A DNA stretch of 64,000 nucleotides from an uncultured Clostridia bacterium (GTDB taxonomy: Bacteria; Bacillota; Clostridia; TANB77; CAG-508). Below, in pieces: positions 8,530 through 18,880 of this stretch. How positions within the stretch are numbered: position 1 is the stretch's first letter; each line of letters begins with the position of its first letter. A program made the translations under genes and the position numbers. The stretch covers positions 3,747-67,746 of the forward strand of contig CARPYP010000008.1 in NCBI GenBank assembly GCA_949045875.1, read 5' to 3'. Below the pieces are notes generated by a model. It had not been told where the DNA came from, did not search any database, and was given only the letters and a program-made list of their open reading frames with translations.

Positions 8530-8680
8530 GATTTCTCCTTTAAAAATTTTATTTTTGTATTATCTTTTCCATTCTAACTTAAATTATGCTTAAAAATATA
8601 ATAAAAAAACGAATTTTAAGAATTGCTAAGCGGTGGAAACCGCAAAGCAATTCTAATAATCCGCATAATTATCTAGTACT

Positions 8681-8720
8681 GAAAGTTATGCCACTGGCAT
8701 AACTTTCCTACTATATAAAA
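8681..8720 (+). repeat. Rep-D family copy
   Basis: GAAAGTTATGCC-ACTG-GCATAACTTTC hairpin followed by CTACTATATAAAAAA. Lies in a divergent promoter region. Confidence 0.5.
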
Positions 8721-8882
8721 AAATTGAAATTGTAAATGTTTTCCATATATATGAGTTTTATTGTTTTTCTTTACTATAAAATTTTTTTGAATTGTATAAA
8801 AAAATTTTTTATGTCAATAATATATAAATGAGAAAAATTATTTCTCATTTTATGAATTTGATTTTTTTAGGAGGTAAACTAA

Positions 8883-9260
8883 ATGGATAATAGTCGTGTA
8901 GATAATAATACTCAAAGTGGTGCAAGTACAGCTTGGCAAATCGTTGGTAGATTAGTTGTTGCCGCTATAGTTCTTGGAATTACTGCATTTTTTACACCTG
9001 GTTTCTCTATTAATAATATATGGTCTTTAGCAATAGCTGCTATAGTTTTAACAATAATGGACTATCTAATAGTTAAATTTACTGGGCTACATGCAAGCCC
9101 TTTTGGTAAAGGTTTTGTTGGATTTATTCTAGCTGCAGTAACTTTATATTTAACTCAGTTCTTTGTAGCAGGTTATTCAATTTCTTGGATAGCTGCCATA
9201 ATAGGTGCTTTAATATATGGAGTAGTAGATTATTTAATTCCTGGTGAACAACAGATGTAA
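8883..9260 (+). CDS. small 4-TM membrane protein (holin-4_2 / DUF2512-like)
   Basis: 125 aa with four predicted hydrophobic helices. Strong RBS AGGAGGTAAACTAA-ATG. Family assignment is from memory only. Confidence 0.45.
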   Translation: MDNSRVDNNTQSGASTAWQIVGRLVVAAIVLGITAFFTPGFSINNIWSLAIAAIVLTIMDYLIVKFTGLHASPFGKGFVGFILAAVTLYLTQFFVAGYSISWIAAIIGALIYGVVDYLIPGEQQM

Positions 9261-9295
9261 CAAAAATATCCCCAGTATAACTGGGGATATTTTTA

Positions 9296-10324
9296 TTATT
9301 GTTTTTTTCTATCTGATACGTCTTTATCTATTTCTTTGCTCTTTTTTACAACTTCTGAGGTAACTCCATTTTTGTCATCACAACATGCATCTGGTGCTTC
9401 TGGCTTTGGTGGATATTTTGGTCTTGTGTCTATTCCTAATGCATTCCCTATTCCTAACATTTCTGTTGTTAGTCCTAATCCTGTTGCAGCACTTGCAAGT
9501 TCAGTTGGCATAAATATTTTTGTTGCTCTTCCATCACTTATTGCTTTTAAAGCATCTAATTTCTTTAATGTTAAAACTCCATCATCTGCATTTGCTCTTT
9601 TTAACATTTCAATACCTTCTGATTCTGCTTCATATACTAGTCTTATTGATTCTGCTTTACCTTTTGCTAATGCTATTTCTGAATCTCTTTCTGCTTCTGC
9701 TGCTAATATTTTTGCTTGTTTGTCTCCTTCTGCTCGAGATACTACTGATTCTTTATGTGCTTCCGCTTCTAGTAATGTTTGACGTTTTTCACGTTCTGCT
9801 TTCATTTGCTTTTCCATTGCTTGTTGTATTTCTTTTGGTGGAATTATGTTTTTGAGTTCTATACGATTAACTCTAATTCCCCATGGATCTGTTGCTAAGT
9901 CTATAATTTCTCTCATTTTATTATTTATTAAATCTCTAGATGTTAATGTTTGGTCTAATTCCAAATCACCTATTATGTTACGTAATGTAGTTGCTGTTAG
10001 ATTTGCTAGTGCCATTATTGGATTTTCAACTCCATATGTAAATAGTTTTGCATCAAATATTGTATAATATACTACTGTATCTATTTGCATTGTAACATTG
10101 TCTTTTGTAATAACTGGTTGTGGCGGAAAGTCTGCAACTTGCTCCTTTTTTGATACCACATTTGCTACCCTTTCTATTAGTGGAATTTTAAAATGTAATC
10201 CATTATTCCATGTTTGTTTATAGCTTCCTAAAAATTCTATTACATAGTTTTTTGCTTGTGGAACTATTCTAATACAACTACAAAGAATAACAATGATAAT
10301 TACTATTAATATAATCCATCCCAT
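9296..10324 (-). CDS. SPFH/band-7 (stomatin-like) membrane protein
   Basis: N-terminal TM helix plus the SPFH core (VPQAKNYVIEFLGSYKQTW..GLHFKIPLIERV...ITKDNVTMQIDTVVYY...DPWGIRVNRIELKNIIPP), then an Ala/Glu-rich coiled coil. Confidence 0.85.
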   Translation of the reverse strand: MGWIILIVIIIVILCSCIRIVPQAKNYVIEFLGSYKQTWNNGLHFKIPLIERVANVVSKKEQVADFPPQPVITKDNVTMQIDTVVYYTIFDAKLFTYGVENPIMALANLTATTLRNIIGDLELDQTLTSRDLINNKMREIIDLATDPWGIRVNRIELKNIIPPKEIQQAMEKQMKAEREKRQTLLEAEAHKESVVSRAEGDKQAKILAAEAERDSEIALAKGKAESIRLVYEAESEGIEMLKRANADDGVLTLKKLDALKAISDGRATKIFMPTELASAATGLGLTTEMLGIGNALGIDTRPKYPPKPEAPDACCDDKNGVTSEVVKKSKEIDKDVSDRKKQ

Positions 10325-10454
10325 TTATATTTCCTCCTTAAAATTAACTTACTATATTATTATACCATATTTGTCATTTTTCTACAATATTTTTATGTGC
10401 TTTTGTTTTTCTATTTTTTCTCAAAATTTTCTTTCTATTTTTTCCCCAGATTAT

Positions 10455-11309
10455 TTAACTCATATTGTGCTTTCGTATGAATTCTTTTGCTTCATTATAT
10501 CCTTTTGCATATAAGAAATCAATTTTACTTGAATCTAATAAAGAAATATGTTTTGTCTTTATTTTTAATAATTCTTCTGCACCTGCTAACTCAAAGTTTG
10601 ATAGTTCATGAGAAAGTATACCAAATGCTCTTTCTAGTACTTCTATTATATTTATATAGTCATCATCTTTTAAAAATTCCTCAAATACTACACAAATTAT
10701 TTTATCTGACCCAATAAGTTCTAATTCTTTCCATGGTGTGTTTTCTTTTATGCCTCCATCTATTAATTCATCTTTTCCATACTTAATAGGTTCGAATACT
10801 CCTGGATAACTACAACTTGCTCTTACCGCTTTTTCAATTTCAATATTTGTTATATATTTTTTTCCATCATCATATGAACCTCTAGTTTTATAAGATGAAA
10901 AAATATACTTTTTACCATTATGTAGACTTACACTTGGTATTATTAATGGCATTTTTATATCTTTAATATTTTCTATTCCTTTTTTCTCACAAAATCCCTT
11001 CATTAATTTTTCTATTTTTTTACCATTATTTAGTCCTTGTATTATAATATCGTTTTTTAGTATTAATCCATATATTAGTTTAACCACATTCCATACACTT
11101 ATGTAATTGATTTGTCTACTATAATTTTTAAATAATGAATATATTTCTTCTGGTTTATATCCTATTGCATATAATGTTGCAACAATACTTCCAGATGATG
11201 TTCCTGATATATAATCTATTTTTATGTTTTCATCCTCAAATGCTTTTAGTACTCCTATGTGTGCTGCACCTTTTATTCCTCCACCAGATAATGCTAATCC
11301 TAATTTCAT
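10455..11309 (-). CDS. patatin-like phospholipase
   Basis: LALSGGGIKGAAHIGVLKAF (oxyanion GGG), GTSSG nucleophile elbow, and DGG near the C-terminus. Confidence 0.85.
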   Translation of the reverse strand: MKLGLALSGGGIKGAAHIGVLKAFEDENIKIDYISGTSSGSIVATLYAIGYKPEEIYSLFKNYSRQINYISVWNVVKLIYGLILKNDIIIQGLNNGKKIEKLMKGFCEKKGIENIKDIKMPLIIPSVSLHNGKKYIFSSYKTRGSYDDGKKYITNIEIEKAVRASCSYPGVFEPIKYGKDELIDGGIKENTPWKELELIGSDKIICVVFEEFLKDDDYINIIEVLERAFGILSHELSNFELAGAEELLKIKTKHISLLDSSKIDFLYAKGYNEAKEFIRKHNMS

Positions 11310-11360
11310 TACACTCCCTCCCTTTAAGTATTTTATTATCTTAAAGAGCTTTTTGTGTCA

Positions 11361-12317
11361 TTATATTAAATCTCCTGCCCCTGATTTCCTTGCAATTTTA
11401 AATTTTTCTTTATCTTTTTTTGTAATAGTTATTTCTTTTATTTCATCTTTGTCACACACTTTTAGTTTAATAAAACCGCTATATATCATTGGATGCCTTA
11501 AAATTCGCCTTTTTTCGGTTTGATTAATGTTTTCTTTTGCTACTGATAAATATATATACTTTTCGTCTTCATATGGAACATTTCCTTCTTTTAATTCTTT
11601 ATGTATTTTTGTTCTTTGTACTCTACATGAAAAATTACACCAATCACTTTTTTGTAATTTGCATTCATTATTTCTACATGGTGCTACAATTTTTCCTCCA
11701 TTTTCTATTAATTTTTTCTTTGCATTAATTATGTTATTATATCCTTGCATTGTTCCTGGCTCGACTATTAATAGCATTTTATTGCATGTTTTCCATAATT
11801 TTTCTACAATTATATTTTTTTTATCGTTACTGATTTCATTTAACATATATGATACAACTACTAAATCATATTTTTGTTTTATTTCATCTTTACATATATC
11901 AAATTTATTCCACTTAGCTTTTTTTGAAATATTATCGTAATTATCAAAAATCTTTTTGCCTATTTTCTGCATTGAATCTTCTCTTTCTAAACATTCTATT
12001 TCTTCTATATCTAATAATTCATTTACAGCTAGTGCTCCTGCGCCAGTTCCTGCTCCAATGTCTACCACAGTTTTTATATTTGGGTTATAAATTTCTATTG
12101 AATGTTTTAGCGAATTGTATACTGCTCCATATGTTGCTGGCATTCTTGAAATAGCATATGCTAATGCCTCATTTTCGCTTTTTAATAGTATTTTTCCTTC
12201 TCCTCCATTTGTTCTATAGTTTATACTTATATTTTTTGCATTATTTTGTAATTCATTTTTACTTATTGTGTTTAATTCTTTTTCTATATATTTCTTTATT
12301 TGAATTGGCAAATCCAT
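11361..12317 (-). CDS. Rsm22-family SAM-dependent methyltransferase
   Basis: SRMPATYGAVYNSLKH, VVDIGAGTGAG (SAM motif I), and a C-terminal Cys cluster (CRNNECKL..WCNFSC). Start moved to ATG 12317 (GAAGGGAAATATAAG-ATG). Confidence 0.7.
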   Translation of the reverse strand: MDLPIQIKKYIEKELNTISKNELQNNAKNISINYRTNGGEGKILLKSENEALAYAISRMPATYGAVYNSLKHSIEIYNPNIKTVVDIGAGTGAGALAVNELLDIEEIECLEREDSMQKIGKKIFDNYDNISKKAKWNKFDICKDEIKQKYDLVVVSYMLNEISNDKKNIIVEKLWKTCNKMLLIVEPGTMQGYNNIINAKKKLIENGGKIVAPCRNNECKLQKSDWCNFSCRVQRTKIHKELKEGNVPYEDEKYIYLSVAKENINQTEKRRILRHPMIYSGFIKLKVCDKDEIKEITITKKDKEKFKIARKSGAGDLI

Positions 12318-12360
12318 CTTATATTTCCCTTCTAAAAATAGAGTCACAGTTAATTACAAT

Positions 12361-12957
12361 TTAACTGCGACTTTCTTCAGTGATTTTACAATATTTATTA
12401 TATATTTTCTTTAAATTTTTTGAGGTTATTGTTTTATTAATACCTTCTTTACTTACTTGCAAAAATACTTCATCAAAAACCTTTTTTATGCTTTCATTTA
12501 TTGGTTCTACATCACGTTCTTTATTTCTCCAATATTGCAATTCTGTATCATTTGTCCACTCTTTTCCTGTATATACAATTGATGCAGAGATTTTATCACA
12601 AATCATTTCAACTGTATATTTGTATGGAATTATAGGCATTTTTATTGGCGCTCTTAAATCATACCAATATGCCGAATGATGTTTGTTTCTTGCTCTATGA
12701 TGTAACCAAACTTTAGAAAATCCTTCTATTTCTTTTTGTATTGGAATTGGACTTTTCTTTCCTTCTTGATAATATTTTACTGAATCCCAAAATTCTTCTT
12801 TAGAATATTTAGATAAATCATGAACTAAACCTCTCCATGGTACTCCAGCTTTACAACATAATTTAAAGACTATCCATTTATGTTTATTTATTGTATTAAA
12901 ATGTTTTATTGCATTTTTTAATGTAATTTTGTATTTTCTTTCCACTATTATCACCAC
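12361..12957 (-). CDS. DUF5662-like (HD-superfamily-like) protein
   Basis: VHDLSKYSKEEF ... HHRARNKHHSAYW motifs. The GTG start is uncertain and no clear RBS was found. Confidence 0.5.
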   Translation of the reverse strand: MVIIVERKYKITLKNAIKHFNTINKHKWIVFKLCCKAGVPWRGLVHDLSKYSKEEFWDSVKYYQEGKKSPIPIQKEIEGFSKVWLHHRARNKHHSAYWYDLRAPIKMPIIPYKYTVEMICDKISASIVYTGKEWTNDTELQYWRNKERDVEPINESIKKVFDEVFLQVSKEGINKTITSKNLKKIYNKYCKITEESRS

Positions 12958-13189
12958 ATATATTTTATATTGTTTTTTCTATCTACATTAATATAATGTA
13001 TCATCTTTTCAGTTTATAAAATGTAATTATTTTTATTATATATATTTTAACATATACTTTATTAAATGTGTACCATTAAATAAAATTTCACTAATAAACT
13101 TTCAAAGAACATTTTTTGAAAACTTGTTTTTTTAGTATTTATATGATATTATAACATTAGTCTTTTTTAGTAAAGGAGGTTTTAGTTAA

Positions 13190-14422
13190 TTGGAATCTAT
13201 CTTAGGCATAATTGGAGAATATAACCCTTTCCACAATGGTCATTTATATCAATTGCATAAATCTATTGAACTTGTTAATGCTAAACGTACTGTTTTGATT
13301 TTGAGTGGAAATTATGTTCAAAGAGGCGATTGTGCATTAATTGATAAATGGAAACGAACTGAAATGGCTTTAAAAAATGGAGTTGATTTAGTAATTGAAT
13401 TACCTATTCTTTGTAGTATATCAAGTGCAGAAATTTTTGCCTCTAGTGCAATAAAAGTTCTAAATTCACTAAAAGTTGTAAATTACTTATCATTTGGCAG
13501 TGAATGTGGTAGTATTGAAATACTTTCAGAGTTTGCTAATGTTTTATCAAATGAACCTCCTGAATTTAAAGCATTATTACAACATGAATTGTCAAAGGGG
13601 ATTTCTTTTCCAAAGGCTCGTGAAAATGCTTTACTTTTATATTTAAATGATATTCTTAAATATTCTAATATTTTAAATTGTCCTAATAATACTCTTGGAC
13701 TTGAATATTTAATATCTCTAAAAAATAGTAATTCTAAAATTAGACCACTTACAATTAAAAGACAATTTGCTGAATATAATTCTTTAGAAAGTATTAATGG
13801 TTTTGCTAGTGCAACTGCTATACGCGAAATGATTTATAATAATGATTATGATAATTTATTTTCATCAATGCCACAGTCTTCTTATGAAATATTGATGGAA
13901 GCTTTACGTTCTGGTGAATTTGTTTGCGGTTTACAAGATTTTGAAAAAGAAATTCTATTTTTATTAAGATGTATGTCAAAAGAATCTATTGCTAATTTAC
14001 CTGCTGTATCTGAGGGATTAGAAAATTCTATTAAAGAGGCTGCTTCTACTTGTAATACTTTGGAAGAATTGATCCAAAAAGTAAAGTCTAAAAGATTTAC
14101 TAGAACTAGAATTCAAAGAATTTTGCTTTATGCATTATTGGGTTATACAAAAGAGGATATGAATTTTGTACAAGAAAATATACCTTATATTCGTGTTTTA
14201 GGTTTCACTGAAACAGGTAAATCTCTTTTGTCTACTATATCAAAATCTAATAAAAAATTAAAAATTGTTACATCTGTAAAACACTTTACTGATAGATGCA
14301 AAAATAAAAAAATTCTTAATTTATTACAGAAAGATATTAGGTCAACAGATATATATACTCTTGGTTATAGAAATAACTCTCAAGCAAATTTGGATTATAC
14401 CAAAAGATTAATAAGAATGTAA
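13190..14422 (+). CDS. tmcAL: tRNA(Met) cytidine acetate ligase (UPF0348/YlbM family)
   Basis: GIIGEYNPFHNGHLYQL (HxGH nucleotidyltransferase motif) and 410 aa length. TTG start with RBS AAAGGAGG. Confidence 0.8.
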   Translation: MESILGIIGEYNPFHNGHLYQLHKSIELVNAKRTVLILSGNYVQRGDCALIDKWKRTEMALKNGVDLVIELPILCSISSAEIFASSAIKVLNSLKVVNYLSFGSECGSIEILSEFANVLSNEPPEFKALLQHELSKGISFPKARENALLLYLNDILKYSNILNCPNNTLGLEYLISLKNSNSKIRPLTIKRQFAEYNSLESINGFASATAIREMIYNNDYDNLFSSMPQSSYEILMEALRSGEFVCGLQDFEKEILFLLRCMSKESIANLPAVSEGLENSIKEAASTCNTLEELIQKVKSKRFTRTRIQRILLYALLGYTKEDMNFVQENIPYIRVLGFTETGKSLLSTISKSNKKLKIVTSVKHFTDRCKNKKILNLLQKDIRSTDIYTLGYRNNSQANLDYTKRLIRM

Positions 14423-14440
14423 AAAAGTGGCTTGGCTACA

Positions 14441-14466
14441 CGGACGCCCCAAGGGCGCCCCTACAT
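14441..14466 (+). repeat. Rep-A family copy (type 1)
   Basis: CGGACGCCCCAAGGGCGCCCCTACAT: a GC hairpin (CGCCC-CAA-GGGCG) plus CCCCTACAT. Followed by the palindrome ATTTCTTCAAAGAAAT. Confidence 0.65.
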
Positions 14467-14514
14467 TTACAGTAATTTCTTCAAAGAAATATAATAGATT
14501 TTACTTATTATCTT

Positions 14515-14563
14515 CTAAGGAAACTAACCACTCCGTGATTACTTTCCTAAGAAAATAAAAAAA
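14515..14563 (+). repeat. Rep-D family copy
   Basis: CTAAGGAAACTAACCACTCCGTGATTACTTTCCTAAGAAAATAAAAAAA aligns with 8681-8720 and 16211-16242. Confidence 0.5.
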
Positions 14564-14587
14564 TGAGGGACTTCCCTCATTTTTTTA
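14555..14587. terminator. bidirectional terminator between tmcAL and pyk
   Basis: TGAGGGA-CT-TCCCTCA hairpin (14564-14579) flanked by an A-run and a T-run. Abuts the pyk stop codon. Confidence 0.7.
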
Positions 14588-16015
14588 TTTTACATCTATT
14601 ATTTTTCCTAATGTAATTTTATTTTCGTCTTTTCTATGACCTGCTACTACTACTCTGTCTCCTGCTTCTAAAATTCCACTTGCTTTTAATTGTTCAATAG
14701 CAGCATCTACTGTTTTACAACCACATTCTTTTGTTTCCATATAAACTGGGAATACGTCTCCATATACAGACATTTTATGATATGTTTTCTTATCATCTGT
14801 AACAGCTATTATTGGACATACTGGTGATAAACCACCTATCATTCTTGCTTCTTCTCCATCTTTTGTGCATACTATAATTGCGTCTGCACATATATTTGCT
14901 GCTGTAACACATGTTGTATATCCTAATGTTTTTGTTTCATCTGCTGTTTCTGGATCATATCTGTTTTCATAAAATCTTTTTTCATAGTTTACATTTGATT
15001 CTGTTTCTTCTGATATTTTTACCATTGTGTCAACACAAAGTGCTGGGTGCGCTCCCATTGCTGATTCTCCTGATAACATTATTGCACTTGTTCTATCATA
15101 TACAGCATTTGCAACATCACTAACTTCTGCTCTTGTAGGACGTGGATTTTTTGTCATTGATTCAAGCATTTGTGTTGCTGTAATAACTGGTTTTCCTACT
15201 TCATTACATCTTTTTATAAAGTGCTTTTGAACTGCTGGAACTTTATAATATGGTATCTCAACTGCCATATCTCCTCTTGCAACCATGATTCCATCTGATG
15301 CTTCTAGTATTTCTTCAAAATTGTCTATACCTTCTTGGCTCTCTATTTTTGAGATAATTCCTATCTTTTCTCCACCATTTTCATTTAGTAATTTTCTTAT
15401 TTCTTGAACGTCTGATAGTCTTCTAACAAATGAAGCAAATATATAATCAAATCCTGCTTTTGCTCCATTTGTAATATCATCTATGTCTTTTGCTGCAAGT
15501 GCTGGTAAGTTTATAACTACTCCTTGTATATTTACAGTTTTTCTACTTCCTAACATTCCTGTATTTAAAGCTTTACAAACTACATCTTTTCCAACTACTT
15601 CTTGAACTTCAAATTCTATAGCTCCATCATCTACTAATATTTTTGCTCCTGGTTTTACGTCTTGATATAAGTTTTTATAACTTATAGATGTTTTTGTCTC
15701 ATTTCCTACTATTTCTTCATTAACAAATGTGAATGTTTGTCCTTCTTTTATTTCTACTTTTTGGTCTCCTGATTCTTGCTTTCCTGTTCTTATTTCTGGT
15801 CCTTTTGTGTCTAAACATAATGCTATTGGTTGGTTTAATTTTTCTCTTATCATTTTTATTCTTTCGATTTTTTCTGCATTCTCATCATATCCTCCATGTG
15901 AGAAATTGATTCTTGCAACATTCATTCCTGTGTTGATTAGTTTTTTTAACATTTCTTCTGGTTCTGCTGCTGGTCCAATTGTACATGTAATTTTTGTTCT
16001 TCTTAAATTTTTCAT
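14585..16015 (-). CDS. pyk: pyruvate kinase
   Basis: RRTKITCTIGPA, NVARINFSHG, MVARGDMAVEIP, and 476 aa length. Confidence 0.95.
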   Translation of the reverse strand: MKNLRRTKITCTIGPAAEPEEMLKKLINTGMNVARINFSHGGYDENAEKIERIKMIREKLNQPIALCLDTKGPEIRTGKQESGDQKVEIKEGQTFTFVNEEIVGNETKTSISYKNLYQDVKPGAKILVDDGAIEFEVQEVVGKDVVCKALNTGMLGSRKTVNIQGVVINLPALAAKDIDDITNGAKAGFDYIFASFVRRLSDVQEIRKLLNENGGEKIGIISKIESQEGIDNFEEILEASDGIMVARGDMAVEIPYYKVPAVQKHFIKRCNEVGKPVITATQMLESMTKNPRPTRAEVSDVANAVYDRTSAIMLSGESAMGAHPALCVDTMVKISEETESNVNYEKRFYENRYDPETADETKTLGYTTCVTAANICADAIIVCTKDGEEARMIGGLSPVCPIIAVTDDKKTYHKMSVYGDVFPVYMETKECGCKTVDAAIEQLKASGILEAGDRVVVAGHRKDENKITLGKIIDVK

Positions 16016-16210
16016 TTTAATCCTTCTTTCTTTCTGATTTTTCTCGTACTAATAATATAGACATTTCTACATTATTAAAATTTCTATGTTAGTATAACAC
16101 AAATTAAATCCTTTGTATACCTTTTTTTTGATTTTTTCTAGCAAATTTTACTGCACCATTACAATTTACAGCTATCTTAATATAAAAATTTGGGTTTGTA
16201 TAAGAAACCT

Positions 16211-16242
16211 CAGTCACTGCGTGACAGCTATCTTAAATAAGA
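16211..16242 (+). repeat. Rep-D family copy, with a partial second copy at 16168-16188
   Basis: CAGTCACTGCGTGACAGCTATCTTAAATAAGA. The tail ACAGCTATCTTAA recurs at 16168-16180. Confidence 0.45.
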
Positions 16243-16270
16243 GAGCCAAGGTGGTAAACAGATTTTATCG

Positions 16271-16338
16271 AGTAAAATTTGGCGAAGCATGAAAAATTTG
16301 CATAGCAAATTTTTCTGCATCACCAAAATTTTTCACGC
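16271..16338 (+). repeat. Rep-C family copy (with a nested extra hairpin), immediately 3' of the ATPase stop codon
   Basis: AGTAAAATTTGGC...CCAAAATTTTTCACGC. It has the same ends as 21479-21507, plus the inserted hairpin GCATGAAAAATTTGC-ATA-GCAAATTTTTCTGC. Confidence 0.5.
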
Positions 16339-16339
16339 C

Positions 16340-18421
16340 TTATTTCAGTATTCGCAGTGTATTTAGTATCGTTATTATTGTGACTCCCACATCACTAAAT
16401 ACTGCTTGCCACATATTTGATAACCCTAGTATTGAGAGTGCTAGTATGATGATTTTTATTGCTATTGAGATTGTTAGATTTTGCTTTATTATTTTGTTGG
16501 TTTTTTTTGATATTTCTATCCCTTCTTCTATTTTTTTTATTTCGTCTGTCATTAATACTATGTCTGATGCTTCTATTGCTGATTGCGCTCCTACTCCTCC
16601 CATTGATATTCCTATGTCTGCTCTCGCTAATACTGGACTGTCATTTATTCCATCTCCTACAAATGCTACTTTTTTTCCTTTTTGATTTTTATTTATTATT
16701 TTTTCTAGTTCTTCAAATTTATCTTGTGGTAGCATTTGCGCTTTTATTTCTTTTATCCCTGCTTTTTGGGCAATTTCTTCTGCTGTTTCTTTTACGTCTC
16801 CTGTGAATATTCTTGTTGTAATTCCCAGTTTGTTTAGTTTTTCTATGTCTTTTTTTGCGTTTTGCTTTATTTGGTCTTCTAATGTTATCGCTCCTTTTAC
16901 CACATTGTCTATTGATAGGTAAATTACTGTTCCAGTTGTTTTTATTTCTTTTAATTCCTCCTTTGATGTTTCTTCAATGAATTTTTTGTTTCCTATTTTT
17001 ATTTTTTTGCCTTCTTTTTCGTATTCTATCCCTTTTCCTCTTATTTCTTTTAGATTTTTTACCTCGCTTGTGTCTATTTCTTTTGTGTATTTATTGGTGA
17101 TTGATTTTGCTAATGGATGGGTTGAATAGGTTTCTCCTATTGCTACATATTCTAATATCTCTTCTTCTGTTAGTTCATTTTCTAGTGTCTTTATTTCTGA
17201 GACTTCAAATTCTCCTGTTGTGATTGTTCCTGTTTTATCGAATATGATATTATTTATGTCTTTTAGTCCATCTAAAAAGTCACTCCCTTTTACTAATATT
17301 CCTCTTTTTGATGATTTACCTATTCCAGAGAAATATGATAATGGTACTGATATTGCAATAGAACATGGACACGCAATTACTAAAAAGGTTAATGCTCTAT
17401 AAATACTTTCTGAATAATTAATTCCTTGTACTATAATAGGCATAAATATCGCAACTATTAATGCTAATATAATTACAATAGGTGTATATATTTTTGCTAA
17501 TTTTGTTACATATGTCTCTGTTTTTGCTTTTTTATCTGTTGCACTTTCAACTAGTTCTAAAATTCTATTTACTGTTCCGTTTTCATAATTAGCTGTTACC
17601 TCTATTTCTATTAGTCCATTTTGATTAATGCTTCCTGAAAGTACTGTATTTCCTTTTTTTACTTCATAAACTTTAGTTTCTCCTGTTAATGCTGATGTGT
17701 TTAATGATGCATTTCCTGAAATTACAATTCCGTCTAAAGGTATTTCTTCTCCTTCTTTTACAATTATTGTGTCTCCTATTTTTACGTCTTGTGGTTCTAC
17801 TTGTTTTGTTTCTCCATTTTCCCCTTTTAAGTTTGCATATTTAGGTTTAATGTCCATTAAGTCTTTAATTGATTTTCTTGATTTTGATATTGCTTTCGCT
17901 TCTAATACTTTTCCTATTTCAAATAAAAGTATAACCATTAACCCTTCTAATTTTTCTCCTACTAAATATGCACCTATACATGATATTACCATTAATAGGT
18001 TTTCATCTATTATTTTTCCTCTTATTTGCTTTATTGATTTTATAAATGTTCTATATAATAATACTCCATAAGCTCCAGTTATTAAACTGTTTGATATTAT
18101 TTCGTTTGGTATTATTTTTGTAAATCCTATTATTGCTAATATAATTCCTATTATTAATCTTATTATTCCATAGTCTTTTCTTTCTCTTTTATCTTCTTCT
18201 GGCAATTTTATTGTACAGTCTGGTTCTACTTTTGCTGCTACTTTTTTTATTTCTTCTAAAGTGTTTTCTAGTTCAGATTCTAATGTGATTTTCCCTGTTC
18301 CAAAGTTTACTATACAGTTTTGTATTCCTTTTATTTCATTTATTGCTTCTTCTACTTCTTTTGCACATGCTGCACAGTCTAAGTCTATAATATCATATCT
18401 ATATTTCTTCAATATGTTCAC
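16340..18421 (-). CDS. cadA: heavy-metal (Cd/Zn/Co-type) translocating P1B-type ATPase
   Basis: N-terminal HMA domain with CAAC, ACPCSIAISVP (CPC), DKTGTIT, and GDGINDSPVLA. The GTG start overlaps the ArsR-family gene by 23 nt. Confidence 0.85.
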   Translation of the reverse strand: MNILKKYRYDIIDLDCAACAKEVEEAINEIKGIQNCIVNFGTGKITLESELENTLEEIKKVAAKVEPDCTIKLPEEDKRERKDYGIIRLIIGIILAIIGFTKIIPNEIISNSLITGAYGVLLYRTFIKSIKQIRGKIIDENLLMVISCIGAYLVGEKLEGLMVILLFEIGKVLEAKAISKSRKSIKDLMDIKPKYANLKGENGETKQVEPQDVKIGDTIIVKEGEEIPLDGIVISGNASLNTSALTGETKVYEVKKGNTVLSGSINQNGLIEIEVTANYENGTVNRILELVESATDKKAKTETYVTKLAKIYTPIVIILALIVAIFMPIIVQGINYSESIYRALTFLVIACPCSIAISVPLSYFSGIGKSSKRGILVKGSDFLDGLKDINNIIFDKTGTITTGEFEVSEIKTLENELTEEEILEYVAIGETYSTHPLAKSITNKYTKEIDTSEVKNLKEIRGKGIEYEKEGKKIKIGNKKFIEETSKEELKEIKTTGTVIYLSIDNVVKGAITLEDQIKQNAKKDIEKLNKLGITTRIFTGDVKETAEEIAQKAGIKEIKAQMLPQDKFEELEKIINKNQKGKKVAFVGDGINDSPVLARADIGISMGGVGAQSAIEASDIVLMTDEIKKIEEGIEISKKTNKIIKQNLTISIAIKIIILALSILGLSNMWQAVFSDVGVTIITILNTLRILK

Positions 18422-18767
18422 GCCCTTTCATTAATATTTCTATTACATGCTCATCGTCTAAACTATAATAAACACTTTTTCCTTCTTTTCTATATTTTAC
18501 TAGCTTAGACTGTTTAAGAATTCTTAATTGATGTGATATTGCACTTTGGGTTGTGTTTGTTATAAATGCTATTTCTCCTACACATAATTCCTTTTCTTTT
18601 AATGCACAAATTATTTTCATTCTCGTAGAGTCTGCAAACATTTTAAATAGTTCTGCTAAGTCAAATATTTTATCGTCTTCTGGTAGAATTTCTTTTACTT
18701 TTTCTACTATATCTATCCTAATAATATTATTTTGCTCTTGCAAATCTTCATTATTTTCTTTTTCCAT
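18399..18767 (-). CDS. ArsR/SmtB-family metalloregulator (CadC/CzrA-like)
   Basis: LAELFKMFADSTRMKIICALKEKELCVGEIAFITNTTQSAISHQLRILK is a winged HTH. Start moved to ATG 18767 because the longer track ORF runs through the groESL terminator. Confidence 0.85.
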   Translation of the reverse strand: MEKENNEDLQEQNNIIRIDIVEKVKEILPEDDKIFDLAELFKMFADSTRMKIICALKEKELCVGEIAFITNTTQSAISHQLRILKQSKLVKYRKEGKSVYYSLDDEHVIEILMKGREHIEEI

Positions 18768-18789
18768 TTTTCTTCCCCTCTTCATTTTA

Positions 18790-18813
18790 ATATATGAGCA
18801 TTCGTTCATATAT
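18790..18813. promoter_or_regulatory. probable ArsR-family operator (12-12 imperfect inverted repeat)
   Basis: ATATATGAGCATTCGTTCATATAT has arms ATATATGA/TCATATAT and lies 23 nt upstream of the regulator ATG. It resembles the TGAA-containing Czr/Cad operators. Confidence 0.5.
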
Positions 18814-18880
18814 ATTATATGATTATTGATTTTATATGTCAATATATTTGAGAAAATTTTTTTGGATATTTCTGTACATA

